Positions 1 to 26,662 of a stretch of DNA of 64,000 bases are shown one piece after another. A program made the position numbers and the translations under genes. The DNA comes from the human T2T-CHM13v2.0 reference genome, Homo sapiens. Below the pieces are notes generated by a model. The model saw only the letters and a program-made list of their open reading frames with translations. It was not told the DNA's origin and did no database searches. The stretch lies in the NCBI RefSeq assembly GCF_009914755.1, contig NC_060926.1; one strand, 5' to 3'. How positions within the stretch are numbered: the stretch's first letter is position 1; each line of letters starts with the position of its first letter.

Positions 1-299
1 CTGGAGAGTGTCCCTATTCACCTAAACTCATGCTCTCAAAGAGAACCAAACAAACTCCATCAGGTGAGCGCCAGCAGAAACCCTACACAACAGATGTAGA
101 TTCCTGAGAGGGGAATCATCAGCTACATAATAAGCACTCTTACATCTGAAATGTCTACAGAAATACAACATGGAATCACAGAAGTAAGCAACAAAGAAGA
201 GCCTATCTGAAAGGACAAAATAGAATTACAGAAGATTAGAATGTCTAGCAAAGAAAAAATAGAATTCCTAAAGTAAGTAAACTTAGTGGACTGAATATT

Positions 300-472
300 A
301 GGTAGGTATGATGGCATGTACCTGTAGTCCCAGCTACTGGGGAGGTTGAGGTGGGAGGATTGCTTGAACCCAGGAGGTCGAGGCTGCAGTGAGCCATGAT
401 TGTGCTACTGCACTCAAGCCTGGGTGACAGAGCAAGATCCTGTCTCAAAAAACAAACAAACAAACAAAACAA
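300..472 (+). mobile_element. Alu right monomer
   Basis: cctgtagtcccagctact...gagccatgattgtgctactgcactc, (AAAC)n tail. Confidence 0.9.
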
Positions 473-1760
473 CTTAGTGGACATGGAAAAAGTGGACACC
501 ATGTGTGTCTTGATGTGATGCAGTATAAACTACACAGCCCAGTGTATAAAGTGGGGTTGCCCAATAAGAACCCACATCTAAATGAGCCTTCACAGCTGAG
601 TTCTGGTTTACAGCAACACAGGAGAGAGAAAAATGGGTTAAAGACACCATGAAGAAGGTGAGAGACAAAACCAGAAATTGGGACATTCCACAGAACAACT
701 GATCCAGTTTCTTCAACAAGTCACTGCCACAAAGAAAAAAAAAAAAGGTAGGGATCGCTCTAGATTAAGAGAAATTTAAGAGACATAATTACTAAATGCA
801 ATATGGGCCCCTAATGCAGACCAACTATAAAAAGACATCTTTGAGATAGTTTAGGAAATTTGAATATGGCCTAGCATTATACTATAAAGAGCACCAAGGA
901 ATTCCAATCATTTGATATTGTAAGAATACCAAACAATTTAACAGAATTGTTCATTGTTAATCCGACAACAGCAAATACAACACACACATATAAGAGGAAA
1001 AGACGAAGCAAGTTTGACAACATTTTGGTGATTGTTGAGTCTCGGCAATAGGTATATGGGAATTCATTCAACTGTTCTTCCCACGTTTAGAGCATGCTTG
1101 ATGTCTTCTATAATAAATTATTTTTAAATCTCTAGAGAAGGATATTATACTCTATCTTGTTAACATTTACAAAATCTCCCAAGCCTTACCCTTAGAGAAT
1201 GCTATATAAATTTGGACTGAACAATTTTATATGTAGTTTTTCCTATTCATTTCTCATAGTCATAATTAATACTTGTAGAATATTAAGATTCTTAGTGTGA
1301 TTACTTTGAGATCCTTGCAATAGCCTTGTGAAGTAGATATTACTACCATCTTGCAAAAAATGCATATTGTTGCCTTCTTATACATTAAGACTAGGGAAAC
1401 ATTTCACCTAATTTTTTTGTTGTTTTAACATTCCAATACAATGCTCAATCTTTTTGCTGTCAACTTTCCAACCTAGCTAGATTTTTTCCTGACTATAAAA
1501 ATAATACATGCTCACTGTACAAAATTCTTTATGACATAAAACTATGGAAGAGGAAAAAAATTACACTGAATCAACATGTCCAGACGTAACAACAAATGTC
1601 ACATATACATATTACATATGAATATGTATCACATATGTGTATCACATCACATATTACATATAGATATGTAATATATTTCCTTCTACCCTTTTAAACATAG
1701 GATCTTATGAAATACTGAATAAATACAAAAGAATATTCATTACATATGTGTAAAATATAA

Positions 1761-3812
<2,052 letters not shown>

Positions 3813-4367
3813 AATTTTGTACATTTTTAAAACTTTGTGAAACACCATGAAAATGACTTCATATTATTCATCTATGGACATATAATAATTGTTTAAGCAT
3901 TCACCTCATGATAGAATTTAATTTTCCTCTAGTTTTATATCAACAAACAATACCATAATGCAAAAGCATTTTATTTTGTACATTGGACCACAGATTAGAC
4001 ACAGCTAAAAAGAGAAATAGTGAAGAAATTACTTAAAATGCAGCAAAGACAGACAGGGAGATGGAAAATGTGAAAGAAGATGTAATAGCTATGGGGTATA
4101 GAATGAAACGGCCTGTCATTTGTCTAACTGAAATACTAGAAAGACATTATGGAAAGAATGTCAGAAAATCAATAATATATAGAGAGATTAAGGAAGAGTA
4201 TTCCAGAATTGATAAAATATATGAATCCAGACATACAGGATGCACAATATAATATCAAAAAGGATAAATAAAAAGAATTCCACTCATGGGATTCTTGTAA
4301 GGATATTGAAGAATACTAAAGACAAAGTTGTAAAAGCAGCCAGAGATTGAAAATAAAAGAAGTTCAA

Positions 4368-7250
<2,883 letters not shown>

Positions 7251-7816
7251 AACACAACAGAATAATACAGGACTAAGAGAAAGGGCTAAGTCAAAGGACT
7301 AAGAGAAAATAACTGTCACACTAGAATCATATATTCAGCAAAACCAACTTTGAAGAATAAGGTGAATTAAGGACATATCCAGATAAACAGAAACTGATTT
7401 AGCACCAATAAACCTGTCCTAAAGAACTGCCAAGGAATATTCTTCAGGAAGAAGGAAAATGATCTTCCTTCAGGAAGAAGGAAAATGAAGGAATGTCAGA
7501 GATTCAAGAAGGAATGGTGAGCAAATCAACTGGTAACATGTAGGTAAACAAATGTTGCCTGTATTGAGTAATTATGGTATTTTTGATCTTTTGAACTTTT
7601 GATGTTTTTTAATCACTTGTTACTGGTAAGTAGGAGAACTGTTGATTTTTATATGTTAATCTTGTATGTGGTCACTTAATTATCTTGTTAGTTATAATAG
7701 TTTTTCTGTTAACTCTCTTTTCTAGGTACATAGTACAGTAACAGCATCTGCAAATAATGATATTTTTAGTTGTGTTTTGGTCAAGTAGTTAATAAAGGAA
7801 AGTTTCCAGTGGGTGA

Positions 7817-10670
<2,854 letters not shown>

Positions 10671-10779
10671 TAGCCTCATGGAGAGATAAACAAGTAACAA
10701 ACGCGAAGATGGTGGAAGGAGGCCAACAGACTCCTTTTAGAAGATAAAGTCATCTGGATGTGGTGGTTGATTAAAGTCA

Positions 10780-11400
10780 CTAAATAAATGTTAATATTTA
10801 TTGACTGCTCCTGAGTGCCAGGCTCTGTGTGGAGTCTGAGGAAGAGGGGGGAGTCTCCCCCAAGCTTCTAGCCTGAGAAACTGATGGGAACAGGGAAGAA
10901 CAGATTGAGTGAGGCTAGGGGTGTGCGATGATGGGTCCTGCGTGGGACAAGCTGAGTGTGTGGGGTGTTTCCCAGCGAGGGGCTCATTAGGTGGCTGCTA
11001 TTCAGGTTAGCACTAGGGGGGACAGCAGGGAGCTGATGGGATCTGTTGGGAGCCCTCGACAGACAGAGGTCACTGAAGCCATGGGGGTGAGCCAGCCCCC
11101 AGAGAGGGAGTGTAGAGTGAGGAGAGGACAACAGAGCCAAACCTGAAGGTCACTGGCTCTGAAGCACAGGAGCCCACAGAGGAGCAGTTAGACAGGTAGG
11201 GAGAGAGTGTGTGACCTGGAAACCCAGAGACAGTGCTTCAGGAAGGAGCAATGGCATGGCGTCCTTGAGTAATAAGGGACCTGAGAAGTGTCTGTTACCT
11301 TAGCCACAAGGAGATCAGGAGAACACTTCTGCTCAATGGAGGAAGGCAAAAGGTTGACCAGTGTTCAAGAAAGGTGGAACCAGAGTTTAGGAGTGAGAAA
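10780..11400 (-). mobile_element. Antisense L2 fragment (other L2 pieces near 9100-9680, 27200-27540, 44660-44770, 60360-61010)
   Basis: atatttattgactgctcctgagtgccaggctctgtg and downstream L2-like purine-rich body. Confidence 0.55.
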
Positions 11401-12020
11401 GGGGCAAAGAGGGGTGTGGTTTGTTTTAATGGGAGAGACCCGAGGGGGTTTAATTGCAGATGGGAAGGAACCAAAACCTGTGAAGGGAGGTTGCAGAAGA
11501 AGGACAAAAGAAGGGTGATTGAATAGCTAGTCTAACATGTGGGCAAAAGTCATGTGGTTTAAGATAAGATGGAATTACTTACATGTCCAATAAGGGATTG
11601 GTTAGGCTAAATAAATGCCTAACAAGATGAGATTTATTACAAAATGATGTTCTAACAGTAAGTAACTAACTGGAACAAACATATCTAATGATATAATCTT
11701 AAATATTTTCTTTTTTATGTTTTATCATTTTTTTCTATCACGAAGTAATACATACTCATTTCAGCAAAAGTCAGAAAATACCTTACATAAAGAACAACCA
11801 GAATTCCAGGCCGGAGGCAGTGGCTCACGCCTGTATCACCACCACATCCACTATATTCTATTTGCTAATATAGAATATTCTATTCTAGAAGATTCTAGAA
11901 TAGAATGTTTATGTGTGATTATTCTATTAGCAAGTCACTAAGTCCAACCCAAACTCAAGGGGAGTGGAAGTAAGTGCCATCTCCTGAAGGGAGGAGTATC
12001 AAATAAATGTGAGATATTTA

Positions 12021-15550
<3,530 letters not shown>

Positions 15551-16489
15551 TAACGTTGCGGTTACTTCTCTGGTTCTTTGTTTCCCACCCTTGCATTATT
15601 TATGTCAAATTAGGCAATTTCAAAAGAAGAAAAGTGGCCCTTTCCAAGGTATACTTTTAATATTCTGGAAGCTGTTTACAGGTTTCTAAATAGATAGCAT
15701 CATGCCCTAATATTCAGAAGATGAGGAAATTGAAGGTGCTGGCCTTGGGGTCAATGATGGTGGAGAGAGGTCTGGCTCTGGGTGTGCATGAAGAAGGGAC
15801 TCGAGTTAGGGGAAGACTTTTGGGAAGGGGTGCGTTAAGGATGCTTTTCAGTGGGGCCAGAGAGGGAAGAAGGGAAATGGGAGGCTGCTGGGGAGAGGAG
15901 GCTGACCCGGGGATCCAGAGCCCTGCGGAGGAGGCAGCCTTGGCCATGGGCAGGAGCCGTGCACCTAGAGGAGGTGTGGAGGAAGGAAGGGGAAGTTAAG
16001 GTGACACAGAGAGGGTGGAATGAGCCGTCCCTGGGTCTACAGGGCTCAGTTTGTCTCCTGCCCCGCCCCACGGGGTCAGGGGAAGGGTAGGCCTGGCTTT
16101 CGGGCCAGTGATGGCAGAGATAGGCCTGGCTCCCAAGGGGTGGGAGGGTTTGGGGGGTGTCGGGGGTGGGGTGGAGAGGATAAGTCAGGGGGCAGCGGCC
16201 AGGCCACAGGCCCCAGGGCTCAGGGCTCGGTCACCAGGGAGTGGGAGTTGGGAGACGTGGCTTATCAGCTCCATCGGAGCCCGCCACACCCCACCTCCCC
16301 TCACCCCCACCACCTCTCACCCCATCGGCTCCAGCCTACTGCTCTCCTAGGGGAGGGGGTAGAAATGGGCTCTCCAGTGTTTCATTCATTTCTGCAGTTA
16401 ATTGACCCCTAAAGCACTTCCCAATGCCATGCCACCTCCACAGAGGGTGGAATCAGAAGGGAAAGCAGTCTAATGACAGTTTGTTATTA

Positions 16490-16710
16490 CTTACTACTGG
16501 CTCTAAGGCTCTGAGTGTGGGGCTCTGCATGTACTGGCTCACTTTGCCTTTACAACTCCTTGAGGGAAGGAGGTATTATTATCTATGTCCATTTTACAGA
16601 TGAGGAAACAGACACAGAGAGGTTAAGGAACTTGCCCAAGGCCACACAGCCAGTAGTGAGGACTTGGGTTTTGGACCTGGGTAAGATTAGCTTCCATTCT
16701 TGACTGGGCT
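16490..16710 (-). mobile_element. MIR (other MIRs near 14100-14280, 22230-22340, 31200-31290, 42580-42720, 59250-59770)
   Basis: MIR core ccattttacagatgaggaaacagacacagagaggttaaggaacttgcccaaggccacacagc. Confidence 0.85.
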
Positions 16711-17075
16711 ACACTAGTGGAGAAGGAGGTCTGGGCCTCTCATCCAAAGTTCTTTGGGTTCTTTTTTTCCTATTTGGGAGCCATCTGTAATGCTTTCCAG
16801 TTCAGGAGCGCCGTGGAGGTGGGGGTGGGAGGTAGGCAATGGTTCAATTCTGGTTTCTAAGTGGTTTAAAAGAAAAAGCCTCTGGGCTGGTGCCTGGATT
16901 GGTGGGAAATGCAGCCAGCACTGCCACCCAGTGGTCATGTCCTGAAGGACCACTCTCCCCATTCCTTCAGGGACTTGCTGAAAAGACTTACAGGATCCCC
17001 TCCTGACCCGCTGGGTCCCTGAGAACTTGGTGGTCAAACCTTTCCCAAGAGGGCCCAGAGCCCCATCAGTTGAGG

Positions 17076-18401
<1,326 letters not shown>

Positions 18402-19579
18402 TCTATTGCTGTTTTAATTGTAGCAGTGATATAATAACACATTCTTGCAAGAATCAGGCATTTCAGGGGTGCAGAGAATAAAATGAGAGCACTAGCCTTT
18501 TCCCCACTCCATTTTAAGGCACAGAGGTCACCCCTTGGAATAGTTTGGTGTCCCTAGTTCCAGTCCTCCTTCCACAGGTAGACAAGTATATGCATACATG
18601 TGCACATTATTTTTACTTAAATTAAACTGCATTTACTGGTATCTGCATTTTTTCACTTTATAGTATCTTACAGATCTTTTCCTATCTATACAGGAAAATG
18701 TATCTTGTTCTTTTTAACGGCTGAGTGATATTCCACAGTATGAATGTATTTAGCCTCTCCCCTCGGGGTTCCTTATGTGACTGTCTGGTTAGTAGAGCAG
18801 CTCAGCTCTGTAAGTCCTCATAACGCAAGACTACCCATTAGGAAGAAGCCTGTGTCCCTTCCTTTCCCCTTCTTTGAAGGAACAAGGACCCTGCTGTGGC
18901 GTATGGGAAGAATTGGGGGAGAGGGAAACCTTCAAGGACTTAATATTCAATAGAAAGGCTCCAGAAGGTTCTAATGCCACTTCCTGTGAGTCTCAGCCTC
19001 CCCTCAGCCTCCTATCTGAACAGCCCTCCTTACCTTCCCTCTCAGGTGCATTTATCTCCCTCATCCTGTACAGAAGCATCAGGGGCACTGTCCCCCACTC
19101 CTGGCTCCTCCCGCTAGGCTCCTTGTCTCAGCAGCAGCCGCGGCCTGGCATGAGGACGCCTCCAGGACTGGAAGGCGAGAGGCGAGGATGCTTAGCAACA
19201 CTTGGAGTTAATTATTTAATTGGGTGAAACATCCATTAGGGAGGATTCTCACTTCCCAGACAGCCTGTGAGTAAACATGTCGAGAAGAGAAGAGTGAGGT
19301 GTTGGCGAAAGCTGCCGTTCGCCCTGGCTCCTCCCCTGCGCCCCCCCCACTCCTCAGCTGGGGAAAGGGACCCCGAAGGATTTTGCCCAGATGTTTCTTC
19401 AGGCTGGGCCAGGACAAAATGGCCAGGGAGGCCGCAGGGGAGACAGACTGTGTCCACAAGGAGGGAAGACGTGGCTCAAGGCCCCGAACCCCACTTGTAG
19501 CAGATAGGAGGAACCACACTGTCAGGAAAACCCAGCTCACCAGGTAGCTCACTAGAGAGGTGATTTCATTTGAGAACCC

Positions 19580-20030
19580 AGTTACAACAGTGTTGGAAAA
19601 GCCGAAAACAGGGGAGGGTGAGGCAACTCGAAGATTAGCAATTTCAGGAAGCTGCTACTACCCATAGATCTAGACAGTCAGAGCAGGGAGATAGTATTTA
19701 CATGACTCCAGGAGCTGGGGTGCCAGGGCAGAGCTTTAACTGTGGAGGGGCCAATGGCTGGGAGCTGGGAGGCCGTGGTGCAGGTGTTGCCTGGCAGAAG
19801 CTGGCTCCACAAAATAGATGCCACTGGAAGCAGAGAGAGGACAGGAAATACTCTGGCCTTCCCCGTCTCTCACCCTCCGGTTTCTCACCAGTGCTTTGCA
19901 TTGGTTGAACCCAACAAGAAACCAGTGGACAAGGCACTGTGCATGTGGACAAGGGAAATGTAATTTGCAGGAGTCAGCTTCCTGCTTACAGGACAGAGCA
20001 GGGCAACGGCAGGAAATGAACGATGCACAA
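19580..20030. mobile_element. Old MLT1-like LTR fragment (further pieces about 21000-21180 and 21690-21960)
   Basis: cattggttgaacccaacaagaaaccag...aagggaaatgtaatttgcag resembles old MLT1 LTRs. Confidence 0.45.
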
Positions 20031-20210
20031 AGAGGCAAATGTCCAGCATGTGCTCGGGCAGCTCAGAGGCCAGCCATGGTGCCGGGTCAGCTGGTATGGG
20101 ACATGCGGCTTTCTTAGGAAGAGGGAGACCTACGCTAGGTGCTGTGCAGTGGGGGTGCAGGAGAAAGAAATGGCTTAGTTTATTCTTGTGCCTGTCAGGA
20201 TTTAATGTAG

Positions 20211-21692
<1,482 letters not shown>

Positions 21693-23029
21693 TTACTGAA
21701 ACCAAAACAACAGCTTTTGACTCCTGACACCCAGAAGCTAGAGGATGGACAATGGGAATCTGGTGCAGAAAAAGGCAATTGTGTTTCTACTATCTTGATA
21801 GCCATTAGAAACCCAGGGCAGGAAAGAGTCTCATGTCCACCTTCTGAGTTTCAGGAGTCTATCTGATCAGTATCACCCAGTTCACTTCCAGAAGCCTAGC
21901 TGCAAGGGAATCTGGGAGATGCAGCTCTTAATTTTCCAGCCTCTCCAGACAAAAGGAGGGTGGCATGGGAGGCTGAGGGAGCACGTCCTAAGTGCTCACC
22001 ACACTACTCTTGGGAAACTTCTATCAGGTGGAGGAAACAGTGTAAGAATGCAGGCTACACTGCGTGACCAGGATTCCAAAGGCTACGGAAGTTCTAGGAG
22101 GGCAGCTGTTCCAACTGGCTGTAGCATTCTGAAGCTTCCCAGAGGCTCCCCAGAGTGCAAGCTAACAGGTATGCACATTCAGGTGGGCCAGCCCGGGGTC
22201 GGGGCTTTACTTACACCAGCTTGGTTGGTCTTCTCACTCACCTCACGAGACAGGCCCCACTACAATCCCATTTACACACAGGGAAGCTAAAGCTCAAGGA
22301 GGTGAAATCACCCACTCAAGAGCACATCCGGTAAAAGGCAGAGCTGCCTTCTTTGGCTGGGTGTGAAGAAATGGGTGGAAAGAGAGGAGATAGGAGGCGG
22401 AAGGGGGCTGAAGACCCCCCAGGTGAGGGCCCAGCATGAGCAGAGGCAGCGGGAAGATGAGAGTGATGGACAGGGCACTCGACAAGCAGGAGGTCTGGTG
22501 GGGAGAGGGCAAGCTGAGGAGCAGAGCAGACAAGGTGGGAGGCCATGCTCAGGCGGGGACTTCCTGCTACACACACTGAAAGGAGTGGTAAGGGGGCCCC
22601 GAGGGAAGGGCAGCTGCAGGGGCTGGACCCAGGCAGGAGCTCATGGGGACAGGGCAGGGACTGGGAGGCCATACTGGTGAGGGAAAAAGCAGGGCTAGGA
22701 CCCAAGGAGGAGGTTGAGGCCAGGTGAGCACCGTAACAGCTGGGAGCCTCGCCCAATTGGGAGCTGTTCTTTCCACCACCAAGTAAACATCATCTCTAGG
22801 CTGAAGGATGGGTACCTCCAAGGGGAAACCACCATGCTGACAGCTGTTCAGGCATTGGGGCTCCTGCCTATGGCACCCCGCAACCCCAGGGGCTAGCCCC
22901 AGTCAGCTGGGACCCTCCCCAGCGTCTCAGAAACCTCTCTTTTCACTTGAGAAGGGCTTCAACCCTCCTTCAGAAGGCCTCATTATGTTACCTCCCACTG
23001 GCCTGAGGCTGCCCCTTAGCTGCTGGAGG

Positions 23030-23210
23030 CAGGCCAGCTGCATGGGTGTGTGGCGTGCGCAGTTGCCCAGGCCCCGAGCTCAGAAGGTCCCCTGCTTGGT
23101 GTCTTAATGCTCTGCCATGACTATCTTGAAATTCTCAATGATTTTTGGGCAAGTTCCCCTGCATTTCATTTTGCACTGGGTCCTGCAAATTATGCAGTGA
23201 GTCCTGCCTG
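23030..23210 (+). mobile_element. MER91A-like hAT MITE
   Basis: Characteristic taatgctctgc...atcttgaaattct...cattttgcactgggtcctgcaaattatg; similar copy at about 39215-39390. Confidence 0.65.
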
Positions 23211-23616
23211 GGACAAAGGATAATTTAAGAAAGTTTTCCATGACTCCTGGGGACAGGGCGTGCTCCACATTGACCTTTCATGGAGGGTGGATTGAAGGAC
23301 ATGAAAGGCAATGTCCTTCCACCCCCACTTCCCTGAGCCCCACATGTACCTGGCATGTTCCTTTATAAACCTGCCATTCTCCAGCTCCTGCACCCAGGCC
23401 TGTTCTAAGCCCTGAGAAGCAGGGTGTGTGTCATCTGTTTAGTGCACATTGACCCCCAAATCCCTGCAACTCTACAAAGGACCATGCACACAGTAGGGGC
23501 TCCATGGGGCGTGCTGACCCCAACCCGAAGGCCAGGCTGGGTGGAAAGACTGACGGCCCCTGCAACGGTCCCCTTCTGCAGCCTGGGCAGGAATGGAGGA
23601 GAGAAGGGAGGGAGAC

Positions 23617-23642
23617 TGTGTGTGTGTGTGTGTGTGTGTGTG
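23617..23642. repeat. (TG)n microsatellite
   Basis: About 13 TG units. Confidence 0.95.
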
Positions 23643-23659
23643 ACAGAGGAAGGGAGGGG

Positions 23660-24170
23660 GCGCATAAAACAGAAACAAATAAAGAGTTCAAATGTGAAAC
23701 GATTAAAAAAATAAATCGAAGGGAGTGAGATAAGGCAGTGGAGCCTCTGCTCCCTAGTTAACATTCATTGGATTGAATAATCAGGCTTCATTATCTCAAA
23801 TTGTCTGCATATTTGCCCTCAAAATGCTAATTTACAGTTGGCTGGGAGCAGTCTTGGCCTATTTTGACTAAAATATTATTTCATTTTATTGAGCATTGTT
23901 CTTAGCTGTCGGGCATCTTGGTTTGCAAGGGGAAGGAGGGGAAGAAATAGAGGGAGAGAGGAAAACATTTTCTATCAAAGCTCTGCCCCGCTCAAGTCTG
24001 ATTATGGGCTCCCTGTTTTGTGTAGAAATGGCATTTCTAAGCCTCCAAGTAAAATTAGAGTCTTTATCATTTTCTTTTAGGGGATAGACAGTTTATCATT
24101 AATCTCAGAGAAGGAAATAGGAGAAATAATTTTTTTTGTTTTACTGAAAGGGTGAAAAATCTTGCTCATC
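23660..24170. promoter_or_regulatory. Candidate conserved non-coding element / enhancer
   Basis: AT-rich unique block in GC-rich surroundings with Fox, Sox, POU, TCF/LEF and homeodomain motifs (see findings). Confidence 0.55.
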
Positions 24171-25859
24171 ATTTCCCCCTCCCTCCTGGGTGTGGAGGCA
24201 TCAGCTACCTCCTCCTCCTCCACTTTCTCTGTGACCTGTAAAGGCTGGAATTCTCTGCCTCTTGCCCTTGTCTGTCCTCCAGGCTCCAGTGACCAAAAAA
24301 AAGGTCCTTTGCTACTTGCATCAGCTCTGGAGTTTGGCTGAGTTTCCCAGAATCTCAGCCCTGGGAATCTGAAGATGTGGGCTCCTATTTTTTTTTTTAA
24401 GAGATGGGGTCTCGCTGTGTTGCCCAGGCTGGTCTTGAACTCCTGATTTCAAGTGATCCTCTTGTCTCAGCCTCCCAAAGTGCTGGATTACAGGTGTGAG
24501 TCACCATGCCCAGCCAGGCTCCTAATTTGATTCTTCCATTGAGTTAAGAAAGACACAGCCCTCCTTGGAACTAAAAGTCCACAGTAACCAAGCATCTTTG
24601 TTCACACCTGAGCATGGTGTTTCAGACAGTAATGTGTGGGCCCCTAGCTGGGTTTTTGGTCTGAGGATGGACCACACTGAGTCGTCCACACCCTCTACCC
24701 CCCACCCAGCTTCCCTTGGAAATGGGGACAGGAGCTGGTGAAAGGCCAGCCTGGGTCAGTCCTAGTCAAAGGTAAAAGAGACTTAAATTCGTTTTATTCC
24801 AACCCTCTTAGTCAGGTGACAAAACTGAGGCCAGAAAGTAGTAGTTGGAAGTTACAAATCTAGCTGGTAGGTTGGTGCTACTACTCAGGAGTGTCTCTCC
24901 TCTCCTCTTTCAAGCTTCTTTCTGAACACTCTTTCTGGTCTACCTACCCTCTTCTGTTTTGTCTTCTCTTCTTGGTCGTCGTTATAGTCCTGCTGTAACT
25001 GATGAGTGGCTGTTCTAGCACTCTGTGGAGCAGGATGGTTGTGGCTTGCTGGTGCTATCTGCCCTGACTTTGCTGCCAAGACCGGCCCAGGACCCAGGAG
25101 ACAGGATGCCCAGCCAATAGGCCTCCAGCTATCCTGCTGCACAGCCAGTCCCTTCTGGTCAAGCCTTCTCTCTCCTCCAAATCGTGAGACCATGTCTCCT
25201 TCTCAGCCCCCGAGTCCTCTGCCAGCCCCAGATGTAGTAGAAGATCACAGGTTCCCAGGCCAACATCCAGGGTCACCACGTACAGTTGGGCCCCTGTAAG
25301 AGGGCACCCAGCCAGGGGGCCAATGGGACTGAGGTCCAGCTCCTGTTCCCCTCACCAAGTCCTGTGCCCTGGCATGGAGCTGCCTCTGCCCAGCAGGGTG
25401 CCATATGGAGTAGCCTGGCCCTCCAGAGCCAGCTCACTTCTTTCCCCCAACTGCCCCAACCATCTGAGCTCAGCCTTCTCCCAGGGCTCCTCTCCTTCTG
25501 AACTGTCCTGAGCCTGAATATGTTGTCTGGATTGAGACCCAGACTTGACATGTCCATCCTTATCCCCTGCCTGGGATCTGTTTTGTGCATGCAGCCTTGC
25601 CATCTGTATTCAATAGGATTCGAGACTTCCAGGCACTGGCCTTTGTCTACTTATTGTAGCCAGCACCTGTCCCTGCCTGGGTCTCCATGCCCCTGGGCAC
25701 AGCAATTACTGTGGTCCCTCAGCTTCCTGAGACAGGGGACTTCCCAGACCTTCCCTGCTTGCCTCTAAGGGGCAGCCTCTGGCCAGCACAGTCACTGGTA
25801 GGGGGATTTCACCAGGCATTTTATGGCATTATGATGCAGCCTGCAGGCACCCCAGCCCC

Positions 25860-26200
25860 ATACATGCACACAGAGCAGACGTTGCATGCATACATTGCAG
25901 CCAGCACCACACACACTCTGCAGACATGCCCCATAGATACCACTTACCCTCACCCTTAGCAAACACTACAAAAACACAGACACAGCCCCAGAGAAAATAC
26001 ATGCACACCCACACTCAGCAGACACACACACCCGCCAACACCTCCACAAACCTACACTCATATCCAACAGAATCCACACACACCACTCACACGCACACAG
26101 CTCCCCAGGCGCACACATATTCGAATATAGCAGACACCACACACACACACACACACCCCAACAGATATGCACACTCCCGCCCACTCACATGTGCAGTTTC
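25860..26200. repeat. Degenerate CA-rich low-complexity tract
   Basis: Interrupted cacacac runs. Confidence 0.85.
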
Positions 26201-26285
26201 ACATTCATTAGAGTTGGGGCCATGAGAAGGGCTGAGAAACCTCCGCCAGCCCATACCTACATAATAGTGAGTCAGAGAGTATTGA

Positions 26286-26662
<377 letters not shown>

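Noticed and set aside
1590-1680. Repetitive cacatat/tacatat stretch
   Set aside because: Low-complexity AT/CA decay, no regular repeat-spacer structure
24885-25193. Minus-strand ORF ending ...EEKTKQKRVGRPERVFRKKLE, with QKRV echoing the NOTO homeodomain arm
   Set aside because: No helix-1/3 homeodomain residues or splice context; explained by a pyrimidine-rich + strand
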